This document shows positions 35,395 to 44,698 of a stretch of DNA of 64,000 nt, piece after piece. Origin of the DNA: a candidate division WWE3 bacterium RIFCSPHIGHO2_01_FULL_42_13 (GTDB lineage Bacteria; Patescibacteriota; WWE3; UBA101185; UBA10185); NCBI GenBank assembly GCA_001772625.1, contig MEVA01000006.1, positions 27,839-91,838 on the forward strand. The letters are read 5' to 3'. The first letter of the stretch is position 1; every line of letters starts with the position of its first letter. Position numbers and translations under genes: made by a program. The notes beneath the pieces were generated by a model, which was not told the origin of the DNA, searched no databases, and saw nothing but the letters and a program-made list of their open reading frames with translations.

Positions 35395-36204
35395 ATGGCT
35401 ACGAACAGAGTAGAACGTGCAGGAACTGTCGCACAGCCTCGAGCCGCTCAATGGTTGCAGCTTTTGCTGGCGGTGGCGTTTTTGGTTGGTGTGGTTTTTC
35501 TGGCATACGAGTTCGTATTTCGAACCACGGGAGCCGGTACCTCCTCCAATCGGAAGGAACAAAACCCAGTGGTGGTTGTGGATGAACCGACTTCTACGGA
35601 GGTTGCACCATCCCCTACTCCCGCTAGCACTAGCACGCCTGAAGCAACGGCTACGGTAACTGTAACCGCTGTGCCTGAAGGGGTTTATGAATTCCCGGAG
35701 GTCTGGGCCAAGGAGAACGGTTTCCTCGAGTTAGCAAAGGAAGTTGAACCTGGGGTTAGCTGGACAACCGCTGCCTGCCAATTCTACGAAGAGGAAGTGT
35801 GCATCACGGACATAGATTTGTGCCCGGAGGGAAATGTATGTCCGCCAGTATACCTGATGATTTGGCCCCTCTCCGAGTTGCAGGATCGTGTTTCTCAAGA
35901 CGAGATCGACGAATTCTTGGCAACTTATCCGCACGTGCTTCTTGGGGAAAGCTATCTACTGCGGGTGGTAGAGCTGGATGGTACTGAAAGACCTGGGGAT
36001 GGTAATTCCATCTTTTTGTCCCCAACTCAATGGCATACGTACACCTGTGCGTATAGTAACAAGCTTGGTGACTTAAGAAATGGGGAGTTCGCCGCCTTTA
36101 TCCCAATTACTGGTCGTATTGACGATCGGTACCTTGTGGACGGCTGGCTGAATGGGTTACTTCTTCATCAAACAGGCACCAAAGCCGAATGCGGAGGTTT
36201 TTAA
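35395..36204 (+). CDS. Membrane-anchored hypothetical protein with a Thr/Pro/Ser-rich linker
   Basis: AAAGGAGGA SD. TM anchor, then PTSTEVAPSPTPASTSTPEATATVT. Visibly G+C-rich. Followed by a 13-bp-stem terminator. Confidence 0.55.
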   Translation: MATNRVERAGTVAQPRAAQWLQLLLAVAFLVGVVFLAYEFVFRTTGAGTSSNRKEQNPVVVVDEPTSTEVAPSPTPASTSTPEATATVTVTAVPEGVYEFPEVWAKENGFLELAKEVEPGVSWTTAACQFYEEEVCITDIDLCPEGNVCPPVYLMIWPLSELQDRVSQDEIDEFLATYPHVLLGESYLLRVVELDGTERPGDGNSIFLSPTQWHTYTCAYSNKLGDLRNGEFAAFIPITGRIDDRYLVDGWLNGLLLHQTGTKAECGGF

Positions 36205-36209
36205 AATGG

Positions 36210-36262
36210 GGCGTACAACAATATGCGAAAGCAGATTGTTGTACGCCTCTTCCATTTTTATT
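36210..36262 (+). terminator. Strong rho-independent terminator
   Basis: 13-bp perfect stem GGCGTACAACAAT (36210-36222) / ATTGTTGTACGCC (36235-36247), followed by TCTTCCATTTTTATTGCTTT. Confidence 0.75.
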
Positions 36263-36295
36263 GCTTTGTGTTTGCAAAATTTGTATGATTATTGT

Positions 36296-36856
36296 GTGAG
36301 TAGACTTAGCCTGCCTAAAATAACTCCTTTAATTCTTTGTTTAGCCTTTATTTTAATTGTTGGTTTTGGTGCCTTTTACTTTATCCCAGGTTTCCGTGAG
36401 AAATTTATGCAAAGTGACAATAATGGAGCAAGCCCTTTTGGTGAAGATAGCCTTGTTGATAATGTCCCATACGAACCTGAGTTAAATGAGGCGGCAAAAG
36501 CTTTTTATAATTTTCTAAACGTCTCAAAAGAACCTTCTTATTGGGAAAATTGGGATTATAAAACTTCTTTCTTCCAAGGAGATGTTTTATCTGTTGATTC
36601 CGAAGCCCGTACTGCAACAATAAACGTTGATCGCCCTACCGGACTTGGTCAACTTACTAATGTACCCATACTTTGTGAGATTGAAAACACGGCTATTTTT
36701 TACGATGTAAATATGGTCTTTCAGGACAGCAACATTGATATTTTTAATGAACTTGAGATAGGGGAAATACTTTACGCTAACTGCTTGGATGCTAATTGCA
36801 CAAGTGTGGGCGGATACTGTACTTTGGTTGAGAGGGATATTTACGATGACGAATAA
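36296..36856 (+). CDS. Membrane-anchored hypothetical protein
   Basis: The ORF is open from 36152, but that part spans the terminator. The GTG at 36296 gives MSRLSLPKITPLILCLAFILIVGFGAFYF. Start is uncertain. Confidence 0.4.
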   Translation: MSRLSLPKITPLILCLAFILIVGFGAFYFIPGFREKFMQSDNNGASPFGEDSLVDNVPYEPELNEAAKAFYNFLNVSKEPSYWENWDYKTSFFQGDVLSVDSEARTATINVDRPTGLGQLTNVPILCEIENTAIFYDVNMVFQDSNIDIFNELEIGEILYANCLDANCTSVGGYCTLVERDIYDDE

Positions 36857-38978
36857 AAAAACCTTTTTAATAGCCCTTTCCTTTTTATTCCTTGGTAGTC
36901 TTATGCGAACTAACGTCTACGCTGCGCAGTGTACGGCTGGTGAGTGTAACCGCCCCGGCGAATATATTTGCGATGGTGGAACAAAGTGTTGTACGTGCAG
37001 AGGAGATGAGTGTGGCTGCCCAAGTTATGTTTGCTCACAAAACTATATCTATCAAGGACTAAGTACAGCGGGTGAGGTAGTGTGTGCACAAGATGTTACT
37101 GAAAACAATTGCGTCACGTGTAAGGGCCCTCTTAGTGAATTTGATGGTGATTATTGCAACGTTATCCCCTCTGTTAACAATGGCATTTACTGTGACGGAA
37201 CATGTAATAGCAACCAAGTTTGCACAAGTTATATAGTGAGAGAAGGAGTTGATGTTGGTGGAACCTGCAGATCCTGTGGTGGCAGCGGGGGTAACGCCTG
37301 CGGTTGTAAAAAAGTCTGCTCTTCCAGTGGCGGGATATGCGGCTATGGTAGTGATAGTAGCCCTGTGGACGGCCAACCCGACCCTAAATATAACTGTTAC
37401 GGTAATCAATGTGATGATGACGATGGGGCATGTACAGTAGATGCAATCGGCACATACGGACCACCAATCAGCACAGACAAGAGTACGTACGCGTATGCTA
37501 ATAATGTCAAATTTGCTTGGAATGAACCGTACTCACGAAAAATGGTAGATGGAGAATGGGAGTACTACATTGACTGGGGAGTTTGTTGCGGAAGCTGTGG
37601 CGCCGGTGTCAAATTGTACGTCAACGGCAAGCACCTTTATACCCACACCGCATCTGCGTATATAAAATCCCTTTCCGCGTCATTGTTTAAGATTGGAAGT
37701 AATACCTGGTATGTGTTGGCTTATAACGGGAACGCTGGGCAAATTAAATCAGGCACGGGAACCTTTACCGTTGAGGCACCGCCGCCAGTTACGGTTCGTG
37801 GTAAAATTTGGAACGCCACCGGTCAGGCCTGTAACGTAAGTTCCAACAAAAAAGATACCCTGGAAATTGTAAGAGGTAGCGCGCAAGGAAATGTTGCCAC
37901 TGCTATAAAATTACGAATGGACGGCACAACTGCCGGGAGTTGGAACACCAATTATGATGGCTACAGCTACCGTTTCACAAACGTTGAGCAGGGCATACAT
38001 TCTATAAGCGCCAATGTCCCCGATCCTGTTGGTTACCCTAACTCCTCATACGAACTCGCTTGTGTAAATAATGCGGCGGGCAGTGTAATTCCTTCGGTTA
38101 ACGCTAGTGCTGACCCAACCATTTTAAACCTTGGTTATGAAATTACTACCTCCGCCTCCAGCTGGTTCCAGTCTATTGGTGGAGATATTTTTGGCGGTTG
38201 CGACGTAGCAAGCTGCGCAAACAGCGTTTCAGTAGACGTTCCCGGAAACGGTGAAACTTTGGGTGGTTTTAATAACAATCTAATTGCCACCCCCGGAACT
38301 CTTTTTGGCGACAGCGGACTTTCTGTTACAGACGATAGCTATTCGCAGGACAGCAACCGCCACTTAGAATATATGAACTCGGTTGATTTGTGGCCCTCTT
38401 CTTTAACCTTCACTCCCCCATCCTCTGCGACCCAAATAAATAGTAATTGTTCAAGCATGTTTCAAGGCAATAATCTGGACGCGGGAATTGTTTACAAAGC
38501 TTCGGTTGGTTGTGTTCAAAGTGGACTTGACGGGCTAACCGGTAATTATAATTTTACTCACGATGGTGTTGCAGTTATCTATGTTCAAGGAACAGGTACG
38601 CTTACGTTTAAAAAGACCTTTACTGGAAGTAGCAACGGCCGAAGAAGAGTCTTGTTTGTAACTCAAGGGCCAGTCAAATTTAACGCCGATATTGGAGATG
38701 CCGCGCCTACCACGTCAACCGCGGCACACATTCAGGCCGGTATAATTTCGGAGAGCAGCATTACATTTTTGTCCACGGGGCTAGAAGATGACACAACCAT
38801 AATTGTTGAGGGCCCACTTGTTACAAAAACCGGCACTATAAATAATAGTAGGAACCGGGGAATTAACAACGGATACCCGGCCGTGGTTGTTAAGTACAAC
38901 ACGCTTTACCTGACTTCTCTAACCGCCTCACAACCGGCAGGACTTTCAGCTGTAGATATTTCGTGGGTGTTAAACTAG
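36846..38978 (+). CDS. Large secreted Cys-rich protein; candidate pilus-associated adhesin
   Basis: Signal peptide MTNKKTFLIALSFLFLGSLMRTNVYA|AQC. About 25 Cys in the next roughly 185 aa (hand count). Beta-rich remainder. Immediately upstream of the PilX-like and minor pilin genes. Confidence 0.65.
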   Translation: MTNKKTFLIALSFLFLGSLMRTNVYAAQCTAGECNRPGEYICDGGTKCCTCRGDECGCPSYVCSQNYIYQGLSTAGEVVCAQDVTENNCVTCKGPLSEFDGDYCNVIPSVNNGIYCDGTCNSNQVCTSYIVREGVDVGGTCRSCGGSGGNACGCKKVCSSSGGICGYGSDSSPVDGQPDPKYNCYGNQCDDDDGACTVDAIGTYGPPISTDKSTYAYANNVKFAWNEPYSRKMVDGEWEYYIDWGVCCGSCGAGVKLYVNGKHLYTHTASAYIKSLSASLFKIGSNTWYVLAYNGNAGQIKSGTGTFTVEAPPPVTVRGKIWNATGQACNVSSNKKDTLEIVRGSAQGNVATAIKLRMDGTTAGSWNTNYDGYSYRFTNVEQGIHSISANVPDPVGYPNSSYELACVNNAAGSVIPSVNASADPTILNLGYEITTSASSWFQSIGGDIFGGCDVASCANSVSVDVPGNGETLGGFNNNLIATPGTLFGDSGLSVTDDSYSQDSNRHLEYMNSVDLWPSSLTFTPPSSATQINSNCSSMFQGNNLDAGIVYKASVGCVQSGLDGLTGNYNFTHDGVAVIYVQGTGTLTFKKTFTGSSNGRRRVLFVTQGPVKFNADIGDAAPTTSTAAHIQAGIISESSITFLSTGLEDDTTIIVEGPLVTKTGTINNSRNRGINNGYPAVVVKYNTLYLTSLTASQPAGLSAVDISWVLN

Positions 38979-38997
38979 GTTTGGACTAAAGATTTAT

Positions 38998-39867
38998 ATG
39001 AAATTAACAGGCGCTAAAATTACAAGAATAACGAACAAAAAAACACGAAAAAACGAAAATGGTCAGGCTCTAATTTTCGTAATCGCCACAATGACGGTAG
39101 CACTGGCAGTGGGGATTGGAGTTTCTCTAAGAAATCTCGCGTCTATTTCCCGAACTTCGCGAACTGACACGGCGGCCCGGGCGCAGGCCGCGGCTGAAGG
39201 CGGTGCCGAAAACGTTTTGTCGCGTTCAGAGGAAGATATTGCTGAAATGGTTGGCGACCCCGCCGAAGACATAGTTTTTTCTCCAGTAGTTAACGACAAC
39301 ATCACAGCTGTTGCCTCCGTAACCGTTGAAAACTGGAATATTGCCGCTTCGGGTTTAACCTACTTCCCTCTGGAAATTAAGCGCGACCAAGTTTCGGAAG
39401 TTAAGCTAAACGGTGGAGGAATTAAAATTTGCTGGTCGTCCCAAAGTGATTCAGCCGAGAGTGATATTTATTACATTGCCTACAACGATACGGGAGCTAC
39501 AACCCGAAATGGTGTGGAAGCAAACAGCCGAAGTGGGTTTCCAGACAACTATTCTTCGGGTGGAACTTTTGTGGACGCATCCGGCGGCAACGCTAATTTC
39601 GACAACTGCTACACCCCAACCCTTCCAAGCAGTGCTGATGGCATAAGGATCCGCTCAATTAACGCCGACTCAAGATTTGGAATTTATGTTACATCTGGTT
39701 CACTTCCAGATCAGGGATACAAAATTACATCAATTGGGCGCTTGCAAAACGTTCCGGCAGGCCAGGAAGCTGAAGTAAAAGTTACAGTTATTCGCTCACT
39801 GCCGTTTATGCCCGGCATTTTTGATTTTAGTATTTATTCCGGTTCAGGAGGGGCGGTTTTAGATTAG
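38998..39867 (+). CDS. PilX-like pilus assembly protein
   Basis: The N-terminus ...ENGQALIFVIATMTVALAVGIGVSLRNLASISRTS..AARAQAAAEGGAE resembles the PilX_N domain. Confidence 0.5.
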   Translation: MKLTGAKITRITNKKTRKNENGQALIFVIATMTVALAVGIGVSLRNLASISRTSRTDTAARAQAAAEGGAENVLSRSEEDIAEMVGDPAEDIVFSPVVNDNITAVASVTVENWNIAASGLTYFPLEIKRDQVSEVKLNGGGIKICWSSQSDSAESDIYYIAYNDTGATTRNGVEANSRSGFPDNYSSGGTFVDASGGNANFDNCYTPTLPSSADGIRIRSINADSRFGIYVTSGSLPDQGYKITSIGRLQNVPAGQEAEVKVTVIRSLPFMPGIFDFSIYSGSGGAVLD

Positions 39868-39927
39868 AAATTAAGCACTATGAAATACTTGATCTTTTGT
39901 AAAAATAAACAGTATAATAATAGAGAT

Positions 39928-40446
39928 ATGATTAGAAACGAAAAAGGTTTTACACTTATTGAACTTCTTATCGTTATCGTAATTATCGGTATTTTAGCCG
40001 GTGTTTTAATTGCTATTATTGACCCAGTCTCCCAGCAAAACCGTGCCCGCGACGCAGGCATTGAAGCTTCCATGAACAAGGTGGTTTTGGCAACCGAGGG
40101 GTACGTTTCAGCCTACGGCACCGCCCCAATTGACACTCAATTTATTGCCCAGTTTAAAGACGGCACGGTAACAGAGCGCGGCACAACCTGTGCACAAACA
40201 ACGGGCGATCCTGACTGCGAATTTGGCGTTTCGGCCAATACCCTACCCGCCACATGCAGTAGCACCTGGTCTGGAACGGGAACAAACCAGTGTTATTTTA
40301 GATACCTTGCGGTAGAAGGAACTTCAAACTTTACTATTTTTGCTAAATCCGCGGGTTTGGAAGGCATAGTGTTTAAGTTTGAAAACAATGGTGTCAACGC
40401 TGGAATTATTCAGCAGTGCCCTGCTTCCGATCCAATTGGATGTTAA
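39928..40446 (+). CDS. Prepilin-type N-terminal cleavage/methylation domain protein (pilin)
   Basis: MIRNEKG|FTLIELLIVIVIIGILAG. ORF is open from 39880. TATAAT sits 9 nt upstream of the ATG. Confidence 0.75.
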   Translation: MIRNEKGFTLIELLIVIVIIGILAGVLIAIIDPVSQQNRARDAGIEASMNKVVLATEGYVSAYGTAPIDTQFIAQFKDGTVTERGTTCAQTTGDPDCEFGVSANTLPATCSSTWSGTGTNQCYFRYLAVEGTSNFTIFAKSAGLEGIVFKFENNGVNAGIIQQCPASDPIGC

Positions 40447-40916
40447 AAACTTTAAGATCTAATTCCGCCGGCTTTACCCTCATCGAACTATTAATCGTAA
40501 TTTCAGTTATTGCAGCACTGTCTGTTGTTTTGGTAAGTATTGTTGACCCTGTGGGCTCGCAGGGAAAAGCGCGCGATGGGGTTCGCTTGAGCCATGTTAA
40601 AAACCTGGCCGAGGCAATAGAGTCGTACAGGCAAATTGAAGGTTCGTACCCGCTTGATGCCGATCCGCAAAACCCCGCCTCTACCTTGCGTACCACCTAC
40701 ATCCGCACGTGGCCCTCTCCCCTTGCCAATGACGGCACGGAAGATCCCGCTTGGGCTTATATATACGCTCAGGCAGGTACGGGTTTTGTTCTTTACTCGC
40801 CAAATTCCCGCGGCGGGTGCTACAAATATCAAACAGATTGGCGAAATGCTATGAACTGCCCTATCGCCGAATGTAGCACGGACATTTCTTCAGCTTCAGA
40901 TTGTAGCGAATTGTAA
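40440..40916 (+). CDS. Prepilin-type pilin-like protein
   Basis: MLKTLRSNSAG|FTLIELLIVISVIAAL. ATG overlaps the upstream stop (ATGTTAA). Confidence 0.75.
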   Translation: MLKTLRSNSAGFTLIELLIVISVIAALSVVLVSIVDPVGSQGKARDGVRLSHVKNLAEAIESYRQIEGSYPLDADPQNPASTLRTTYIRTWPSPLANDGTEDPAWAYIYAQAGTGFVLYSPNSRGGCYKYQTDWRNAMNCPIAECSTDISSASDCSEL

Positions 40917-40953
40917 ATTGTAATTAGTTCAAAGCTCGCGCTATACTTAATTT

Positions 40954-41472
40954 ATGCTTCTGCCAAAAAACCAACGCGGATTTACTTTAATTGAACTTTT
41001 GGTTGTGGTAGTGGTTATTAGTGCGCTTTCCGGGGTCGTAATTTCTATTATCAATTCCGGTGGCTTTAGAGACAAAGCCCGCGATGCCCAAAGAATTGCG
41101 GATTTAAAACAAACCCAAACCGCTTTAGAACTTTATTTTTCTGATTTTAGAGCATACCCACTAAGCACAAGTGGTGGGGGCTGGATTCTTTTAACTGGCT
41201 CTGACGCTGTGTCTGGTGCCCTTTCCCCTATTTATATAAACGAGGTTCCAATTGATCCCCAAAGTTCGGGGACAAACGCCGGTCCTTGTAGCAGCCCCAC
41301 AATCTTCAGGTACAATTACCGTTCAGATGGTACATATTACATCCTAACCGCTATTATGGCCGTGGCAACCTCTAATGACCAAAACCTGTGCGAGGATCTA
41401 AATAACTGGAATTCCAGCTGTGGAGGTGGTTTTGCCACTCAGGATGTTTGTTACGGAGTTGAGAACCCTTAA
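40954..41472 (+). CDS. Prepilin-type pilin (GspG/PulG-like)
   Basis: MLLPKNQRG|FTLIELLVVVVVISAL...ARDAQRIADLKQTQTALELY. TATACT sits 6 nt upstream of the ATG. Confidence 0.8.
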   Translation: MLLPKNQRGFTLIELLVVVVVISALSGVVISIINSGGFRDKARDAQRIADLKQTQTALELYFSDFRAYPLSTSGGGWILLTGSDAVSGALSPIYINEVPIDPQSSGTNAGPCSSPTIFRYNYRSDGTYYILTAIMAVATSNDQNLCEDLNNWNSSCGGGFATQDVCYGVENP

Positions 41473-41520
41473 TTCCCTTAGCTTCATCCCCCGCTCTTTT
41501 CTTTGTGCTAACATTTACTC

Positions 41521-42024
41521 ATGAACAACCGCGGTTTTACTTTAGTTGAACTTCTTTTGGTCGTATCTTTAATTGCAGTTCTTTCAAGCTTTCTAATTCC
41601 TGGTTTTTCTAATTACATAGACAATCAAAATATACGTCAGGCGCAGGAAATTGTTAAAAGTGATCTCAGAACTGTTCAAAACAACGCTTTGTCGGGGGTG
41701 GGTTCGTCTAGCTCCAGTGTTTTGTATTGGGGACTAAAAATAAGTTCACAGAATGCCTCAAACTACGGATTTTTTAAGGCGGCCGCGGCTAACTCTTCAG
41801 CCTGCAGCAGCGCCACTATAGAGCAAACCAGCGTGGATCTTCCGGGCGCCGTAGTTATTAGAGATGGGGCTGGAGCCTGCGTGTTTTTTAACCTTAGAAA
41901 TGGTGATGCAACCGTTGTGAACCTTCCAAATAGCACGATTAAACTTGGTCCCGCAGGCGTTACCGCGTGTGATGGTGTTCAGATAAATTCGGCGGGGATG
42001 ATTAGAGGGGTTGAAATATGTTAG
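41521..42024 (+). CDS. Minor pilin (GspH/FimT-like)
   Basis: MNNRG|FTLVELLLVVSLIAVL. TGCTAACAT sits 6 nt upstream of the ATG. Confidence 0.65.
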   Translation: MNNRGFTLVELLLVVSLIAVLSSFLIPGFSNYIDNQNIRQAQEIVKSDLRTVQNNALSGVGSSSSSVLYWGLKISSQNASNYGFFKAAAANSSACSSATIEQTSVDLPGAVVIRDGAGACVFFNLRNGDATVVNLPNSTIKLGPAGVTACDGVQINSAGMIRGVEIC

Positions 42025-42509
42025 TAAAACTTTTACGTAAACTTAGTAATGAACGTGGAATTGGTTTAATAGAAACGCTTCTGGCGCTTGGCATTTCGAT
42101 TATTATTGTCACCTCAATGGTGTCTTTGGCTATTTTTACGCTTCGCGCTTCTTTGGAAAATAAGCTTCTTTTGTCGGGAACCCAAATTTCGAATCAGGAA
42201 ATCGAACTTGTCCGCGCGTATAGAGATTCGCGGGCCTGGGCCACTTTCGTTGCCGACGTTAGCTCGCCCGGAATAGACTGCTTTGATTCAGATTGCCACA
42301 TGGATAACTCCGCCGCACTGTCCGTTGAAAGCGGTGCCTTCATAATAAATGAAGGATCAAATGAAGAAATAACCAAAAGCTTTAGATTAACCGATATTAA
42401 TGACGATATGTCTTTGGTCAGAGTTACCGTCACAGTAAGCTGGACGATAGGTTCGAACACAAAATATGCTCATAGTTACACCGAACTTTCGGATTGGAGG
42501 AGCTTGTGA
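42018..42509 (+). CDS. Minor pilin-like protein (degenerate prepilin motif)
   Basis: ...NERG|IGLIETLLALGISIIIVTSMV. Overlaps both neighbours. Confidence 0.5.
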   Translation: MLVKLLRKLSNERGIGLIETLLALGISIIIVTSMVSLAIFTLRASLENKLLLSGTQISNQEIELVRAYRDSRAWATFVADVSSPGIDCFDSDCHMDNSAALSVESGAFIINEGSNEEITKSFRLTDINDDMSLVRVTVTVSWTIGSNTKYAHSYTELSDWRSL

Positions 42510-43045
42510 GATATCGGCGAAAAAATCAGCGGGGGTTTACGCTTATTGAACTTCTCGTGGTTGTGTCTTTAATAATTATCGTTGTGGGCGTTTCAGGCGA
42601 TATTGTGGTTTCCCTGATCCGTAGCTACAACAAAACCCAGATTACAAATGAGGTTGAGCAAAACGCTAACTTTGTGATGACAAAACTTGAAAAAGAACTT
42701 AGAAATGCGAGCGCCGTTACAAGCCTAACATCAACCGATTTGGTATTTACCCGCGGTCTACCCACCGGCAGCTTAGAAACAATAACCTACACAATTAAAT
42801 CTGACGGCACAATTACCCGCCAAATAACAGGAAGTGGCTTAGGTAAAGTGCTGCTTATAAATAATTCCACGCCCGATGGGGTTTATTTAGACCCTGATGC
42901 CTCGTTTTTCACCGACGAAACCGTTGCCGGCGGCCCCACGGTCGTAAAAATAAACTTATCTTTTAGGCAAATTGGCACCCCAACCGTTCAGTTTACCCAA
43001 AATGTAGATTTAGAATCTACCATTGTTGTTCGAGGTTCGTATTAA
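42506..43045 (+). CDS. Minor pilin (PilW/GspJ-like)
   Basis: A GTG start overlaps the upstream TGA (GTGA), with GGAGG 5 nt upstream. RRKNQRG|FTLIELLVVVSLIIIVVG. Confidence 0.65.
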   Translation: MRYRRKNQRGFTLIELLVVVSLIIIVVGVSGDIVVSLIRSYNKTQITNEVEQNANFVMTKLEKELRNASAVTSLTSTDLVFTRGLPTGSLETITYTIKSDGTITRQITGSGLGKVLLINNSTPDGVYLDPDASFFTDETVAGGPTVVKINLSFRQIGTPTVQFTQNVDLESTIVVRGSY

Positions 43046-43076
43046 GTTCTTCGAAGTTTTATTGTAGAATTAAAGC

Positions 43077-44117
43077 ATGCCCATCATAGGATTAGACTTA
43101 GGAAGCCACGGTTTTAGAGCCGTTGAAATGGAAGAGCAAAGAGGAGGTATGATTTTGCGAAAGTTTGGGTATTACGAAGACGTAAAACTTAACCTCCAAA
43201 CCTCCGCTCAGCCCGACCTAGATGCCTATTCCGCCGCGCTCAAAAACTTTGTTTCTGAAACAGGTTTTACCACACCTGATGTTATCGTTCCCCTTTCCGA
43301 GTCTGAAGTTTTCACGCGTGTTATTCAGCTCCCCCACATGAACGAAAAAGAATTGCGAAGTTCCATAACTTTTGAAGCCGAACAATATATTCCAATTCCC
43401 CTTAGCGAAATAAACTTTGATTTTCAGATTTTAGATCCCGATCCTACAAATAAAGACAAAATGAATGTTTTAATTGTGGCGGCAAAGCATACGGTTTTGA
43501 ACAAATACATTGGGCTTTTGAAAAAAGCAGGTCTTAAGCCAAAAGCTTTAGAGCCCGAAACCCTGTCTGTAAACCGTGCCTTGGGCGATACGGCAAAAGA
43601 TCCAAGCGCCAGCATCATCCTAAACGTTGGAACTTTAGACAGCCAAATTATTGTGTCGTACAGGGGTTTTGTGAGGTTTACGAGAAGTGTGACAGTTGGA
43701 GGAGACGCTTTTACCAAAGCGGTTCAACAAGCCTTGGGTTTTGATTTTTCGCAGGCCGAAGAGTACAAAAAAACTTATGGTTTGGATGCAAAACAAGCGG
43801 ACGGAAAAGTTTATAACGCGATAAAACCTATTTTTGACCAGGTCTTGGCTGAAGTTAAAAGATCGAAAATCTTCTACACAACCCACAACCCCGATGTTAT
43901 GATTGGAAGGTTGATAATCTGCGGAGGATCTGCCCTAATGCCTGGAATTTTGTTTTACGCCGCCAATAACCTCGACCTGGAAGTTGAAATGGCTAACCCG
44001 TGGGAAAACGTTCAGTTTATTAAGGCCCTGGAACCCCAAAAAGATAAATTAATAGAGATGGGTCCGCTGTACACAACGGCTGTAGGGCTGGCTTTAAAGG
44101 ACAAAAACAATGGCTGA
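43077..44117 (+). CDS. pilM: Type IV pilus assembly protein PilM (actin-like ATPase fold)
   Basis: IGLDLGSHGFRAVEME...FEAEQYIPIP...ICGGSALMPG. TAGAAT sits 6 nt upstream of the ATG. Confidence 0.9.
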   Translation: MPIIGLDLGSHGFRAVEMEEQRGGMILRKFGYYEDVKLNLQTSAQPDLDAYSAALKNFVSETGFTTPDVIVPLSESEVFTRVIQLPHMNEKELRSSITFEAEQYIPIPLSEINFDFQILDPDPTNKDKMNVLIVAAKHTVLNKYIGLLKKAGLKPKALEPETLSVNRALGDTAKDPSASIILNVGTLDSQIIVSYRGFVRFTRSVTVGGDAFTKAVQQALGFDFSQAEEYKKTYGLDAKQADGKVYNAIKPIFDQVLAEVKRSKIFYTTHNPDVMIGRLIICGGSALMPGILFYAANNLDLEVEMANPWENVQFIKALEPQKDKLIEMGPLYTTAVGLALKDKNNG

Positions 44118-44694
44118 TATAAACCTTATACCGCAAGTAGAAAAACAAGAGCAGGCTAAAGAAAGGGCAGTGAAAAGCAGCACCATTGTTTCTTTGCTCC
44201 TGTTTTTGATTGTGGCAGGCGCAAGCGGCTATGTTTTTTATACAACCACTTCGTTAAATAAGGAAATTCAGGATCGGGATAATAACATTGCCTCTCTACG
44301 AGGTGACGTTGAAGGCATGTCCACGATTGAAATTTCGGCGAGAAACTTAGGGCAGAAGTCAGATACGGTGGCAAGCATACTTAAAACGAGGCCTAACTAT
44401 TCTTTGTTGCTTACGGAATTTAAAAAGAGAATCCCAAGCACCATTTTAATTGATAGCTTTACTTTAGGTCGTGACAACACGGTTAGTGTTTCAGGTACCG
44501 GCAGCGATTACATTTCTATCGCAAGATTTCTCAGGGATCTCCCCGACCCTGCTTTCCCCGGCGCCGGGCAGGGTCTTGAGAGCGTGTTTACGGAAGTATC
44601 CCTTAATTCAGTCAACCTTGACGCGCAAGATGACAATGCCGATTTTTTCATCGTCATAACATTTGATGAGAATTTGTTGATGAAAGCAGACTAA
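44110..44694 (+). CDS. pilN: Type IV pilus assembly protein PilN
   Basis: MADINLIPQ start motif plus a single TM helix. Overlaps the pilM stop. Confidence 0.75.
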   Translation: MADINLIPQVEKQEQAKERAVKSSTIVSLLLFLIVAGASGYVFYTTTSLNKEIQDRDNNIASLRGDVEGMSTIEISARNLGQKSDTVASILKTRPNYSLLLTEFKKRIPSTILIDSFTLGRDNTVSVSGTGSDYISIARFLRDLPDPAFPGAGQGLESVFTEVSLNSVNLDAQDDNADFFIVITFDENLLMKAD

Positions 44695-44698
44695 ATTT

